DNA from: Squalus acanthias
Lineage: Eukaryota
Reading direction: 5' to 3'
DNA length: 64,000 nt
Assembly: GCA_030390025.1 (NCBI GenBank)
Contig: CM059425.1
Span: 162,442,001 to 162,506,000, forward strand
In this document: in pieces, positions 1-13,506 of the stretch
How positions within the stretch are numbered: position 1 is the first letter of the stretch
How the letters are laid out: every line of letters starts with the position of its first letter
Program-made: the position numbers and the translations under genes
Notes under the pieces: model-generated
The model's database searches: none
Told to the model about the DNA's origin: nothing
What the model saw: only the letters and a program-made list of their open reading frames with translations

Positions 1-36
1 GACCTGTTTCTGTGCTGTACATTCTATGTAATTCTC
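1..36 (+). mobile_element. 3' tail of a CR1 LINE, cut by the window edge
   Basis: gacctgtttctgtgctgtacattctatgtaattct matches the CR1 3' ends at ~48370-48412 and ~58148-58180. Confidence 0.7.
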
Positions 37-520
37 TCTAATGTAAAGAGAGAGAGGGGGAGAGAGAAAGAGAAAAAGCTATCGCCAAGGCTGCTCTGAA
101 ACTGAATGCTTGGAGATGAGAGGAAATAGTGAATGACTCTTCCTTCTGACTTTTTCTCTTCTCATGTCATGTCTAGATGACAAATCATATTTCTGTTTGA
201 TTTAAAGATAACATTAAAGTACATTATCAACTCCTTAAGGGCTTTTCTGGCATGCTCAGTCCCTGGGACAGACTGCTTAAAAAAGCCGCACTGACATGCT
301 GATTGGCATACAAAGCTAAGTTACAGCAAATGCTACATTTGCTACAGCTCAAACCTTGTCAATGAGTCTCATTTTAAAAACTAGGATCCAAGTCTAAAAT
401 GAGCTATGTCAATCGCTCTTTGTTTGTGGTGTGTGAGCTGGACCACGTTACTTTTTTTTCTCCCTGTGTTGGAATGCTCCATCATCAGTGAGGTGCTCTA
501 TTCAGTGACCCAGCTGTGCC

Positions 521-1010
521 AACAACAACAACAACTTGTATTTATATAGCGCCTTTAATGTAGTAAAACGTCCCAAGGTGCTTCACAGGAGTGTTATAAA
601 ACAAAAAATTTGACACCGAGTCACATAAGGAGATATTAGGGCAGATGAACCAAAGCTTGGTCAAAGAGGTAAGTTTTAAGCAGTGTCTTAAAGGAGGAAA
701 GAGAGGTAGAGAGGTGGAGAGGTTTAAGCAGGGAATTCCAGAGCTTAGGGCCTCGGCAACAGAAGGCACGGCCACCAATGGTTGAGCGATTATAATCAGG
801 GATGCTCAAGAGGGCAGAATTAGAGGAGTGCAGGTATCTCCTGGGTGGTTGTGGGGCTGGAGGAGATTACAGAGTTAGGGAGGGGCAAGGCCAGGGAGGG
901 ATTTGTAAACAAGGATGAGAATTTAGAAATCGAGGCGTTGCTTAACCGGGAGCCAATGTAGGTCAGCGAGCACAGGGCTGATGGGTGAATGGGACTTGGT
1001 GCGAGTTAGG
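521..1010 (-). mobile_element. L2 LINE 3' fragment
   Basis: Minus strand ends aaggcgctatataaatacaag(ttg)n, the L2-type tail, preceded by an ORF2 C-terminus GGRAF..RGPKLWNSL; closely similar to 11007-11460. Confidence 0.85.
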
Positions 1011-3498
1011 CTTGGTGTCAGCTAACAACTATTTCTGGTTTAACTCATGTTCTCTCCTCTCTTCTTCGCTCCTATTTTAAACCTTGGTGGTGATCAGGAC
1101 TGAAGGTCTTGGTCTTTCATTTAGGTTTCTTAATAAAAGATGACGCAAAGGTACAGATTATCAGTCCTCAAATACACAGTGTCACAGAGAGGTAATATAT
1201 CAATTCATACCAGTGATTCCTTGTTCCTTTCTCCTCTCCTCCATAGTATATTTCTGTCTCAGCTGAGCCATTGGGCTGGGGGAAGTAGAAATGCTTCCCC
1301 AGAGGGAAAATCATAAACTGAGATTAATCCTAGATTTGATTCAAGTGTGGCATTGGGAGAGGCCTAGGAATCCAATGCCTGTCCACACTCTCAGTGGTCA
1401 GTGGTTTAAGGTAATTCAATAAAGGAAGATAAAATAAAACAAAATGGAAAGGGGAAAATCTTATAAAAAGAGGGAAAGCTGGAAACAATTTTAAAAATAC
1501 AAGATTAAATTCCTGGAACACGAAGCAGAGGATAGAAAAGAAAATCATTCAATGATGAAAAATATCCCTGACACTATTATTTCTGATGGGGTTAGGAGCA
1601 CATCCATGAGGCTAGTGCATCTGTTTAGCTGAATGGTGAACATAATTAACATGTCCAATAACTGGTGTAGGGCTTCTGGGGGTGCATCTGGGGCGGGCGG
1701 AACTTCCACTCCACTATGGATGCGCCCCGACCCTGTCACAATCCTAGAGTCAGGCACAATGCATGTTCCTGGCAGGCACCAATGGGATGCCCATCTGAGG
1801 TGATGAGCTGGTGATTTGCTGTGGCACCCTGCTGCAGCGTAGGTGGGCCCAGGGATAAGAGGGAATTACAGTTAAAACCTACAAAATGCTGGTGGCTAGC
1901 TTCCTGAAAGCAATCAGTCACTCTACTAAAATTTTAAATGCCCAACTCAAATCCCTTAGCAATGCTGAACACCAGGAATGCACAGGCATCAATTGTGTCT
2001 AAAATTGCCAGGGAACAAATGGTGCGATATACGTTGGATGATGCTTTCTCCTCATTTGCAGGACATGATAATACACACGCCTATTTTGGACCCAATGTGT
2101 TTCTGTCTGTACATTTACTGCTGTTGGTAAAGGACTGTCTGTCAATCTATTCAATACAGAATAGAAAACTGTCAATGTCCATTTCTTCATTTGTTACAGC
2201 AGCACTTAAATTGCACAAAACATCATCATTAGACAAACTTATACACGTCTCTGTACAACTCAAGCCTCTACTAAAACACTGTCAAGTGTTTAATTGACTT
2301 AAAGTAATATCAGTAACACAATTGAATTGCACAAAAAGTAGTTTGCAGCGGGTGGTGGAACGTATTTTAATAAAAGGGAACAAAAGGCACATTATCTGGG
2401 TTCACACTACAATTTGTAAAACTTTCTCACAACCCACAGCAAGACTAATCCTTTGCTGACGAAGCAGAATGTACACTTTTGCTGCATCTAGTAGTTCAAT
2501 ATTTGCAATCTGCACATATTTGCATATTATGTAAAACCTACACTGGGAATCTCTCAAAAAATACTATACGACTGTGTAACTATTTACACCTTAATCCAGT
2601 CAAAGTAATGAGGTAATGATGGAAATGATGGTTTTGCTTTCCTACTGATGTGCTGACAGGTTATAGACTGGGGAATAACAGAAATATTGGTCTCACTACT
2701 GTTTTAAAATAATTAAATTGCAATGTGTGTAACAAATCAATCACAATTCATCTTCAAGTATTATTCATTATTTAATGCTATTTATTTAAAGGCACAGATC
2801 CCCTTTGCTTCCTCCCATCCCTGAATGTACAAATACTGCAGAAGATATTTTTCATATTCCTGATTAGCTCCCAATCACAAGTATGACTACATTTGAATAA
2901 TATCTTAGCTGGACTATTTGTGATTCCTGATGCAAAAAGGTGCAGCCAGACACCAACACAGAACCACTCCACACATCACAGAGATTCCATTCTCTTTTAG
3001 GCTGGATATCTTACGTCATCACTAATAACCCAATTATCCTAAATCCTAAAACTAAACTTCTATGTATTCAAATAGTCAACTGACCCTTCATATTCAAATG
3101 ATACCATCATCAAAATCAAAACAAAAGATGATAACTAAATCACTGCACGCACAAAAATCTCTACTGCGATACTAAATGGCAAAACAATAAATACACTTGC
3201 TGCCACTTCTCACATTCCAGGGTCATGGCAACAACAGCTTCCATCCATGATCCATCCATTGCGTTGCTCTGTGGTCTAAGTTCCAAGCATGAGGTAACTA
3301 TCTTACAGCCCATATTCCATACAGCAACCAGCTCGAAGTCTGTCACAAAGGCAAACCAAAGGTATGCCAAATATTTCACCTTTTTCTTTATTTTCAAGGG
3401 AATGAGTGGCACAGAGGGTTAGAACAGAGCCTAAAAAACTGTTCAAACTCCTTTGACTCATGACACTTACAACTACTAAATAGAGACTTTCAAACTTA

Positions 3499-5266
3499 GG
3501 CCGGAGGTTTGCCGGCGCTCAGCGGACGGGATGGGTGGCAGGTCAGCTGTTAAATTTAAAATGATTGACAGCAAGTCGGGAACCCGCTGTCAAAACACGC
3601 ACACTGGACTTTCCTAATGTCGGGTCTGCCAGCGCTGAGCAGACCTGACAGGCAGCGGTGGGGGAGGCAATTAAAATCATGAGTGTCTTGTTTACAGCCA
3701 CCTATCAATGGGTTTTTTCCCAGCTTTTTGGATTTGACAGCTTGCCCACTGGTTTCCCGCTGTGCCTCGACCTCGTCTGTGAAGCTGAGGCAGGAGGTCA
3801 GTGGCCATTGAATCAGCTGATGAGTTGACAGCTTCAAATGTCAAGTCAAAGCTACCAGCTAATTGAGAAATGTTCCCTTAACCACTAGCTTCTCTAAACT
3901 GCATTTCCACTACAGATTCAGAATGCTGCAAGTCTTTACACAAGTCTCCATCCAGTCTGACCTTATTATCTCTCCCACCATTGACAGATCGCTTCTGTCA
4001 TCTCTACTTCACCTGCCATCTATTACATCAGCATCAGTGCCCTTAAAACTATCTCACCTTTGTCCTCAGAATCCCACCACGATCAGCCCCAACACCAGCA
4101 TCACCAGGCACACCAGCAGCACCAACAACAACACCAACCTTCTCCGCAATCAACTGATACTGCTCAGGACAGAGGGCATCAGCTCCCGACTACATTGCTG
4201 CCCGGGAGGCCAGGGATGGCCTCACCATGGCCACATTTACTTCACTTGATGCTGTACACCTATATGGCTGCCACATGATGCGCCAGGTTGGCACCACCCC
4301 ACACCAACAACATAAAGCATCCCTACAATGCCCAAGCCATTCCTTTCACACTCATCAGTATGCGGGGGTGGGGGGGTACCGTTATGTCTCACCATTCAGT
4401 GCAACTCACTAAGCCACTTCCAAAGGTGCACACAAATCTGTCCAAGAATGCAAAGTGTTGAAAATAAAGATTTCAATGTTTGACACCACATTAAAAGAAA
4501 CTTTACATGAACATTGGCTAAAACACCCAAGTGCCCACCCTTGTGTGTTGTTAGTTGGTATGATTGTACTAGGATGAGGGTGAGTGTGAGGGGTGGCTAG
4601 TGAGATGGGGATGTGATAATGTAGATAGAGAGGGAATGGGTGGAGGTGCAAGGTAAGTTGGTGTGAGTAAGGATGTGCAGGAGTAGGGTAGGGAGGGCAG
4701 AGTGATGGGGATGTGATGCACATCAGGATGAGTGTGGCTTTGCAGTAATGTTTCGTGATCTACTGAGATCATCGAAAGGTTCGCGCCACTGCAGCCTGGT
4801 CCTCCTGAGCACATCCCTGCTTGTGCCCTCCTGTGCAATGTGCAACCAGGCTGTGTTGGTGTCCTGAGGAGGTCTGTTCCGCCATGGGAAGGGAAGAGGA
4901 CCTCCCTGCGTGCTGTGACTCCCTCCATAAGCATACGGAGGGAGTCATGGGAGAGCCTGGGTGCAGCCCTGCACCTTTGTGCAGTGATTGTCAGTGTTTG
5001 CAGCACCTCAATGCTGTAGAACACTGACAGCATAAATGTTAAACTAAATTTGGGCATGGTTCCTTTAAGGAAACCGGCTGATGACACGTCATAATGACGT
5101 CATCAGACCCGCTTCCTTCAGTTGGTCGGGAAACTCGCTGGGCTGGCTTAATAAGCCCAATCATTGGAAAGTCATTTCGGAGGCCGGGATGGAGCCAGCA
5201 GCGGGGCCGAGACCCGCCACCGACATCGCCAGCCACAGACCCGCCGAAGTTCGTAAAATCGCGGCC
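3499..5266. mobile_element. Internally deleted non-autonomous PIF/Harbinger element with a Myb/SANT exon remnant (minus strand, ~4760-5057)
   Basis: Imperfect TIRs ggccggaggtttgc / gtaaaatcgcggcc; flanks TTA/TAA; minus strand encodes RAAPRLSHDSLRMLMEGVTARREVLFPS; right end homologous to 63517-64000 in the opposite orientation. Confidence 0.8.
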
Positions 5267-5720
5267 TAAGTGTCAGCTGGATTGAAATCTTGCTCCTAAA
5301 AGCAAAAGAAGTATTTTCTAAATTACGATGCCACCCCTAAAAATAAAAAAAGGTATAAAATGATTGGCATTCCATTGGTAGAGAAGCATCTAAATAATTG
5401 ATGTAACTCCAAAATCACATTGAAGAACAGCAATTAATTTTATGTGCTGTACAATAATTGATTAGGGAGGTTATAAATGACTTCTTGAAAATAACCAGCA
5501 TGAATTCATTCAGAACATTTATATATAACCAAAAAGCTCTTCTCAGTCAACAGTAACAATCAAGACGTAATCCTATCCAAAAATGTTTTTAAATACTCAA
5601 ACCTTTAGAACAAAGGGTCTTTGTGGTTAACATAAAATGTAATTTTAAAGTAATCATGTGAACTTGTTAATTAAAACAAAGGCTAATTTGTACAGTTAAA
5701 CATCTTGTTTCCATTCACTG

Positions 5721-5795
5721 TCGACCATATTGTAAGGCGCTCTGAGCTGTCTCTATACATGAGGAGCACTATAGAAATGTAAGTAGGAGTAGTTT
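5721..5795 (+). mobile_element. Degraded L2-type 3' tail
   Basis: tgtaaggcgctctgag...gcactatagaaatgtaagt resembles the L2/SINE tail seen elsewhere in the window. Confidence 0.45.
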
Positions 5796-6425
5796 TGTGA
5801 GTGAGTGCATTTAAAACACACCTGAACCTTATGGCAGTATCCGTGCAAATAGAAAGGAACGTTCTGCAGTTTTAATTTTTAATCCAGTTTTTACAGACCA
5901 TCAAAGAGGAAATATCTCCTTTGTTTCAAATAGTATTCAAAAGTCTGAATAAATCTAAAATTTAAAGACGTTATTGAAAGCTGAAATGGATTCAGGGAAA
6001 ATGACTCTTTCTACCCTCCTGGTAGCAAAGATTTGGGTTGGAGATCAATTAATCTAGCTGGTCTGGACTTGATTTCTCCAAGACCCATGGCACATAAATA
6101 GATCACAACATATGTTTGTGTGGGAATTGATTTACATTTTATGTGTGTAAATGTAATAATAGGTTATTGACATTGTATGGATTGAGGTCTGTCTAGAAAC
6201 ATTGAGGTCAGTCCACAGCACCTATGGTTCAGCTGACTTCACACAGAGTCAATAACCTAGTTATTAGTCATTTTGATCAGTCTGTTTTACAATGCACGGT
6301 CAGTTTGTCAAAAGCCGTAGAGATTTACTAACCTGTGACCACTTCTCATTAACCTTTTGGCTGCTGACTTTGTAGGAATTTTCCTATTTATGCTACTTTC
6401 TAATTTTAAAGTTTTTTAAGTCAGT

Positions 6426-6530
6426 GGGGGTGAAATTGGATTTGGAGGTCGCGCAAAATGAGTGATAGCGAATCGGCAGCCTGTTTTACCAAGCTCGGTT
6501 TTCTTTTCCTAGAAGACAAATTTCACCCCT
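6426..6530. mobile_element. 105-bp Harbinger-type MITE
   Basis: TIRs gggggtgaaatt / aatttcacccct; 3-bp TSD AGT (6423-6425, 6531-6533); internal gtgatagcgaatcggcagcc shared with 57322-57456. Confidence 0.8.
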
Positions 6531-6754
6531 AGTGAGTCAATGATGAATATCTGTCCAGGATAATACTGATCAAATAAAACAAAGCTTGCATGAATACAGA
6601 GAATTTGTAAAATATATTTGTTATTATGGGTTTCACTTTCGTTTCTGTCATTTGGATGCTTTAATTTCTTTAAGGTTTGTAAACCTTGAGCTTTACCACC
6701 TTTGTACAAAACAAGCGTTAGGTACTTTAAAAGGTATGAAAGAAATGGGGGGGG

Positions 6755-7058
6755 GGGGTCAATTTTGATGGGTGGACAGCCTTCCCACCTCCCTCTGCCC
6801 AACGATGATGTCAGTGGGATGATGTACTTCAGACCCCAATGTAATTTGAACTGTGAGATGCATGAATCATGCACAGTCTCCACGCTGCCAGCCTCCATGT
6901 CATCACCGTCGGCATCGGGTGGGAGTCAGCATCGGTAAATGTTAATGAGACTCGAGAGTTAAAATCTCCCGGGCCTCACGCTCCAGGGGGCCTGAACAGA
7001 TCACTGTCCGCTTTGGCCCCCGCACACCTGATTCCTGCTCCGAGGTAAAATCAAGGCT
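6755..7058. mobile_element. Probable Harbinger-type MITE
   Basis: GC-rich island bounded by ggggtcaatttt and aaaatcaaggct; no clear TSD. Confidence 0.5.
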
Positions 7059-7463
7059 AAGAAGTCTGGGGGTTTGATTTGTTTCTTCTGACACCTCTAG
7101 ACACTTAACTACAGTAACACTGCACTAGTCAGTAAAAAGCAAATAATGTTCAAGACCAAAATAATTCGATTAGAAGAATCCGTCCTATGAATTAAGCGAT
7201 ACTTGTAAAATGAGTAGGATTGACTCTGCTGTCTATTATTTAAAGACTTAACTTCCTCACAATTTCTAAATCTTATCAGCTATTTAAATAAGGTTGGAGA
7301 GATCCGACAAATTATTGTGAAATAGTATAATGTTGAATATAAAGGACACAGTCAATCAGAATGAAGAGTTGTATAGGTTTAAATCCATTAGCAAAGCACC
7401 AAATGTTGCAAAGAGGAACTGAAGGCAGGTGGTGCTAGTTTTGAGAGCAAGTTAAAGATTTGG

Positions 7464-7549
7464 GAAAGCGAATTTCCGCGGGAGTTCCAAGGCTCTTCCA
7501 CTGACGTTATGGCGGACGAGCAGGTGAACTCCCGTGGAAATTCACTCTG
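7464..7549. mobile_element. Mini MITE (~86 bp)
   Basis: Inverted repeat gaatttccgcgggagttc / gaactcccgtggaaattc with Harbinger-like terminal spacing. Confidence 0.55.
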
Positions 7550-8283
7550 CATTAACACTAGTAAGACTGCTAGTAGTTAAGATCTGTGAATGTGGGAATA
7601 GAAACAGGGAAAGAGTGAATCCTTTATAAATGCAAGAATTCAGTTCAAGTGACTACAGAAGGAAAATTTTCATTACAAATGAACTTTTCTACACTGCGTT
7701 GTGAAAATTGCTCCCTATGATCATGGATTTATCACTATCATTTACACGCCAAATTTGGCAGATTATTTTAACTTGTCATTTGGAGAAGTCGACCTTTATT
7801 TTTGCTGAATGACAGCTGAGAAAATGCCTTGCCCAAAGCACCAGTTAGTAATGGGACAGATACCACAGGAGGATCTTCACTGGGATGACAATATGCTCAA
7901 CTGTCAGCTGGTGAAGTAAAATCAGACTGATGTTATGCCAACCCTATCAATCAGGTAGATTTTGGTGTTGGGATTTTTCGCTGCGTACTTTTTATTGTTC
8001 ACTTGTTCTGTTTTCTGATCTGCTTGAGATGAATTTTGAATATATACAGCACATCTGTTGCAAATTTCACAGTGTATATTACTCAGATCACCAAGATAAA
8101 GGGCTTTCTCTGTTAGGCTTGGCAGATGTTCATCAGTAAGAAATAAAATTAGTTATTTCATGAACTATGTCTCCCTCTGCAGGATTGGCTTTACACAACA
8201 TTTCTGAAGCTAAAGTATGAACTATTCACCATTATTTTTTATAAATTTAGCAGTGATGTTATATAATGTATGGAGAATATATT

Positions 8284-9025
8284 GGCCCAGAATTTGCTGA
8301 AAAATTAAAGGCATGTGAATGACGCACGCCATTATTAATGTGCAAATCAGCCAGCAGCTTGTGGCGAGGAAGAGATACCCCATAAATTGCGAATCGCCAC
8401 AAGTTGCTGGCTGTTTTGTGCCACTCCACCATTAACTTTGTGAAAGCGGCATTTCGACCTTAACCTCCCCGTGATTTCCATGAAGTTGCTGCATTTGCAC
8501 ATTAATTGCCCATTAAACTCCCACAGAAAGTTAGTAATTAACAGCGTAAGTACCCTTTTAACAACGTGATAATTGTTAATGACTGCCAATCAACCTTTTT
8601 GTCCAGAAAGTGAACAATTAAAAATGTGAAGTTTCATTCCTTCAAGTTGTGAATTGTTGGAGATTTTAAAAATGTCAAATTTAAAATTATTGCTTTTCTT
8701 TTTACTTTTCCTTTGTCTCTTTTTTCTCTCTCTTAATCCAATCTCTTTTTTCCTTCTTTTTATTTCTCTTTCTGTACCTGATTTGACATTGAATTCGCCC
8801 ACTCTAATTCACCCTTCTTCTCAGTCCTTGTTCTGTTTATTTTTCAAACCTTTAATCTCATTGGTTAAGGAGTCCCGTTGTTCACCAAGGTTCCAGATGC
8901 CCCATTGCCCTCGCCGCGCCATTATCAGCTCACAATTCCAGAAACTTTGTGGGCAAAAAATGTAAAAACCTAAACGTGCACAAACAAGTCTGACTAACGG
9001 GGCACACTCCAGCAAAATCTGGGCC
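8284..9025. mobile_element. 742-bp Harbinger-type MITE
   Basis: TIRs ggcccagaatttgctg / cagcaaaatctgggcc; 3-bp TSD ATT (8281-8283, 9026-9028). Confidence 0.85.
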
Positions 9026-10519
9026 ATTATTTCCAAATGAACTGCTAATTACTCCAGGATAAATTTCATAATCATTAATCCTTCAGCATGATATCATCAC
9101 ACATCAACTTCATAGATGAGACTGCAGGAACCACATAATGCCGAAAAAAAAGGAAATGGAAAATGGAATAAAACTGCTCCTTAACTCCACATTGCCTATA
9201 AGAAGAATGAATTCATTGGACTGACTTTAATGCTATATTATCATCTTGAGGCTCAGACAATGCTTATATACTGTAAGAATGCCTAACCAAAATTTATATC
9301 TTGTAATCACTCCCAGCAAAAGAGTGTTCTCTGTTATACCATATATATGGTTGGATAACTGGAGAAAAGTTTGCGTCAGTCCTCCAAATGACCAAAAAAT
9401 CCTGATAGTAGTATTTGTCAGTGAGATTTATCACTTCTTTACATTCAATACAATTATTTTCTTTTTAATTAAATTGTAAATTTCACAAATTAGTGAAATT
9501 AGCTCAGTATTTTAAAAACAAGTGTAATATAACTGGTACAATGCATTGGATTCCCAGCACTTGGTGTTCCCAATCTGAGCCACCCCATGCAAGGTAATTT
9601 AAAATAGAATGCAAGAAAAATCAAAGGCAGACCAGCTCTCTCTCACTCACCTACTAGTATTCAGTTTAGGGCAGTATTGGTAGAGATCCTGGAGTAGATC
9701 ACCCATCAACCTCTTAGCCAGGGATAGTGTGTAGTGTAGGTAAGCATTAGATAGAACGGGAGAATTTTAAAAGATTATTTGTTGAATCCATTTATACTGT
9801 TTTGTTCAATGACCTTCCGTGATAACTTACGCCCCGAAAAACCATGGGCCTTCTGGCACACTCCTGTTGTAAATAGCTTGGGAGTGCTAAATTAGACTAG
9901 AACCTGAGCTGCAGGGCCTTGTTTAGAGTAGAACCTCTGTCCGCTCCAAACATGATCCCTCGGGGCAGAATAGACGTGGTTTGGGGGAGTGGAGATCTAG
10001 GCCCGGACTTTCCTCGACCCCAGCCTGGGATCTTCTGGGCAACCAATATGCTGAGTAAAAGAAGGTATTACCAGCCTCCTAACTGCCAGAAGTAGGGTCC
10101 ACCTGGGTGTTCAGGCCTGGGTCTTGGCCTGGACCGCTGAAGACAAAATAAAGAACAAGACAGGAATAGTCCCCCTTTGTGATGGGGCTGAGAGGCCCAA
10201 ACCAAAATACTGCAGAACCTGATGCTGCCAGGGCCCTTAAGAGCAGTGACCTTCTGCTGCAATATCCACCCTCCCTGCTATGATGGGTGCCTGAGGTGTG
10301 GCCATTGTGATTCGTGCATTCAGCAGAGATATTTAAAACATGAATCTCCTCTGACCCCCCTTTCCATCATGCTCTGGTGGAGTCAGCAGCGGAGGTTCCT
10401 AGCAGTTGAATAGCAGCACTTACACACTGATTTGACAGCTTGCGTAGTCTATTAGCCTTTGGACAAAATCTTCCTCCCAATTTCCCTTCCTACTCCTAAT
10501 TTGCTCATTTTTAACTGAT

Positions 10520-11930
10520 GTCCCAAGATGCTTCAAAGGAGAGGAAAGGAATGGATGCTGGGACTTTCTGGGAAAATTGTGAGAGGTCGCCAAAAGCTTA
10601 GTCGAAGAGATGGGTTATAAAAAGGCTCTTAAAGGTGAGGAGGGAGGAAAGTACCAAAGTGTAGGGTTTTAGCGAGGAAGTTCCAGACAGCAGGGCCGAG
10701 ATGGCTGAAGGTGAAGCAGAGGAAGAAGGAGTCCAAAGAAGGCCACTGTCAGAGAACTGGACGGACTAAATTATGGAGAAGGTTTCAGACATAGAGTGGG
10801 TGGCATGATAGGATTTGTAGATGAGGACAAGAATTTTAAATTTGATGGAATTAATGGAGGGTGGAAGTCGGCAAGACGAGCATTAGGGAAATCTAGTCGA
10901 GAGATGACGCAGGTGCAGATTAGGGTGTCAGTAGCAGTAAGGGTGGGCTGTTGTGAAGGTGGAAGTAAGGCTGGAACAGGGTGCCAAGGTTGTGTACAGC
11001 CTGGTCCAACAACAAAAACAACTTGCATTTATATAGCGCCTTTAACATAGTAAAATGTTCCAAGGCACTTTACAGGAGCATTATCAAACAAAATTGGACA
11101 CTGAGCCACGTAAGGAGATATTAGGACAGATGAACAAAAGCTTGGTCAAAGAGGTAAGCTTTAAGGAGCATTTTAAAGGAGAAGTGAGAGGCAGAGAGGT
11201 TTAGGGAGGGAATTCCAGAGCTTAGGGTCTAGGCAGCTGAAGGCACAGCCGCCAATGGTGGAGCAATTAAAATCGGGGATGCTCAAGAGGCCAGAATTGG
11301 AGGAGCGCAGATATCTCGGAGGGTTGTATGATGGGCGAGGACATGGAGGGATTTGAAAACAAGGATGAGAGTTTTAAAATTGAGGCATTGCCGGACTGGC
11401 AGCCAATGTAGATCCGCGAGCACAGGGGTGATGGATAAAAGGGACTTGGTGCGAATTAGGATACAGGCAGCAGAGTTTTGGATGAGCTCAAGTTTATGTA
11501 AGGAGCAAGATGGGAGGCCGGCCAGGAGAGCGTTGGAATAGGCAAGTCTAGAGGTAACAAAGGCATGGATGAGGGTTTCAGCAGCAGATAGGCTGAGGCA
11601 GAAGCAGAGTCAGGCGATGTTACGGAGGTGGAAGCAGGCGGTCTTGGTGATGGAGCGGATATGTGGTCAGAAGCTCATGTTGGGGTCAAAAGGCACCAGC
11701 CTGAGCAAACACCCAAGGAACGGGATGGAGTTGCTGACAATGGTGTGGAGCTTTTGACAAGGCCAAAAACTATGGCTTCGGACTTCCCAAAGTTCAATTT
11801 GAGCAAGTTCCGGTTCATCCCCAATCTAATGTCATTCAAAATAGTCTGGCACCACAACGATGGCTGTGGGATCGAGGAAACTCGAGAAAATGTTGAGCTG
11901 GGTGTTTTCAGCACACATATGGAAGGTTTG
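10520..11930 (-). mobile_element. Old, degraded L2 fragment interrupted by a younger L2 (11007-11696)
   Basis: Diverged similarity to the young L2 over 10520-11006; resumes at ~11697 with RT-like NRNLLKLNFGKSEAIVFG on the minus strand. Confidence 0.6.
11007..11696 (-). mobile_element. Younger L2 LINE 3' fragment
   Basis: (ttg)n tail and ggcgctatataaatgcaag 3' end; high similarity to 521-1010. Confidence 0.85.
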
Positions 11931-11934
11931 ATGT

Positions 11935-12230
11935 CCGCTCTATGTTATGTAATCTCAGTTGGGGTGATAGAAGGGGCATGACAACTGATCTCAGAGACTC
12001 TGGGTGGGACAGTGGGAACACTGACTAGGACTTTTACTCTCTTATCACTACCTAGCAACCTGACTGAAAATGTGTGTGTGGATACTGGGAGAGGACAAGA
12101 TAGGGTTTGGCTTTGATGCCCTCACTCCAACCCAAGTTTGAATAGCCCACCAACACGCACTGTCTAGACTCTCACATCATGAATGGCCACTTAGGTGAGC
12201 TTCCAGGTGGTAGAAAAAGGAGGGGGAAAA
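11935..12230 (+). mobile_element. Degraded copy of a tRNA-derived SINE family (also 13045-13140, 26450-26700, 41400-41768)
   Basis: Shared motifs aggacaagatagggtttggctttgatgccctc and cactgtctagactctcacatcatgaatggccactt recur in the other copies. Confidence 0.55.
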
Positions 12231-12974
12231 CCTTTCCATATATCTGAAATTCCTGCTATTCAGAATCATCCATGTTGCTCTGTTTTGGGACTTTCAAAAT
12301 TGTGGCCTGGCACTTCTATACACAGGGTTGATGCAGTTCATGTGTACTTAATATGAAGCATTATGGTACTCGCCACACATACAATAGTCCCCATCTATAA
12401 TCAATAAAACATGGAAGTCTAGAAATTGTGTTACGCAATAGTAGCACAGAATAAATGGGTTAAATTCTGTTAATAAAAGCAAAGTAATTTCACACAAAGT
12501 AGTTAGGCATCATTACACTAATATCGTACAGCATGATTTCTAGGCAACATAATTCAGGAACAGATGACAATCAAAATAATATCAGATGTAGTAATACAAA
12601 TACTATTCTTATTTGTGCCTTCCGCCACTATAATGGTCTGCAGCATAATTTATTTGAAAAAAAATTAAAGAAAGAAAAATCATAAATTACCATAGTCAAA
12701 GTATGGAAGAAATGAAATATGTTATAGCCAGCTGTGTAGTTTGATTTATATTTCCACATTTCCATTGTGTATGTGTGTCAGATAAGACAGATATAAATAG
12801 TAGATAATAAATAGTGATGGAAGATAGACAGATAGGCACGTATCCTAATAAACGTATAGGCAACCTGTCAAAAAATATTATGTTTACATCAATATTTTTT
12901 AATAAACCGCAGATATAAATAGCTTGTAATTTGAAGAATTCTAGCTCATTCATGGTTTAATGTCAAACAGGCAG

Positions 12975-13045
12975 TCTGGCAGCACAGAGGTGGCCATGAG
13001 GTCAACGGAAGGGAGTGGAGAGGTAGAGCTGGGTGTCATCAGTAT
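12975..13045 (-). mobile_element. L2 RT fragment
   Basis: Minus strand encodes FHMYTDDTQLY, a variant of the YADD RT motif. Confidence 0.6.
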
Positions 13046-13506
13046 ACATATGGAAGCTGACCCCCAGGTGTAATCCCTGATTTATGTTGGGTTATCTGAT
13101 CTTAGTTAGGATGGAAGTAACAGAGCTACAATTGGCCTCCGAAGTAAGAATAGTATTTGTATCACTTAACCTGATAGTATTTTGTTTATCACCTGTTCTT
13201 AAATCCTGTAGTCTAGAATTCACGCTGTGTAATGCTAGCTTAACAAGCTTGTGTGAAATTACTTTGCTATTTTAACAGATGCAGATTTATGTTTTTTTAT
13301 TTTACTTTATGCTAAAATTGCACTGTATAATTTCTAGGCTGTGTTTTTTTTATTAATTAGATGGGGTATATTATGAGGGTAGAAAGCACTATAATATGTC
13401 CATATGAACTACATCTCCTGTGTGCTCGTAATTCAAGGAAATTCTTACTAATCTTTATACCATAGCCTATTTAACCATTAATTCAACAATTTACTTTCAA
13501 AATAAC

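Noticed and set aside
1736..1903. Minus-strand terminal exon (EASHQHFVG...LTLGL)
   Set aside because: Acceptor and open frame exist, but there is no recognisable homology or other support
9757..10478. Another degraded Harbinger-type MITE
   Set aside because: GC-elevated with terminus-like motifs, but neither TIR pairing nor a TSD can be shown
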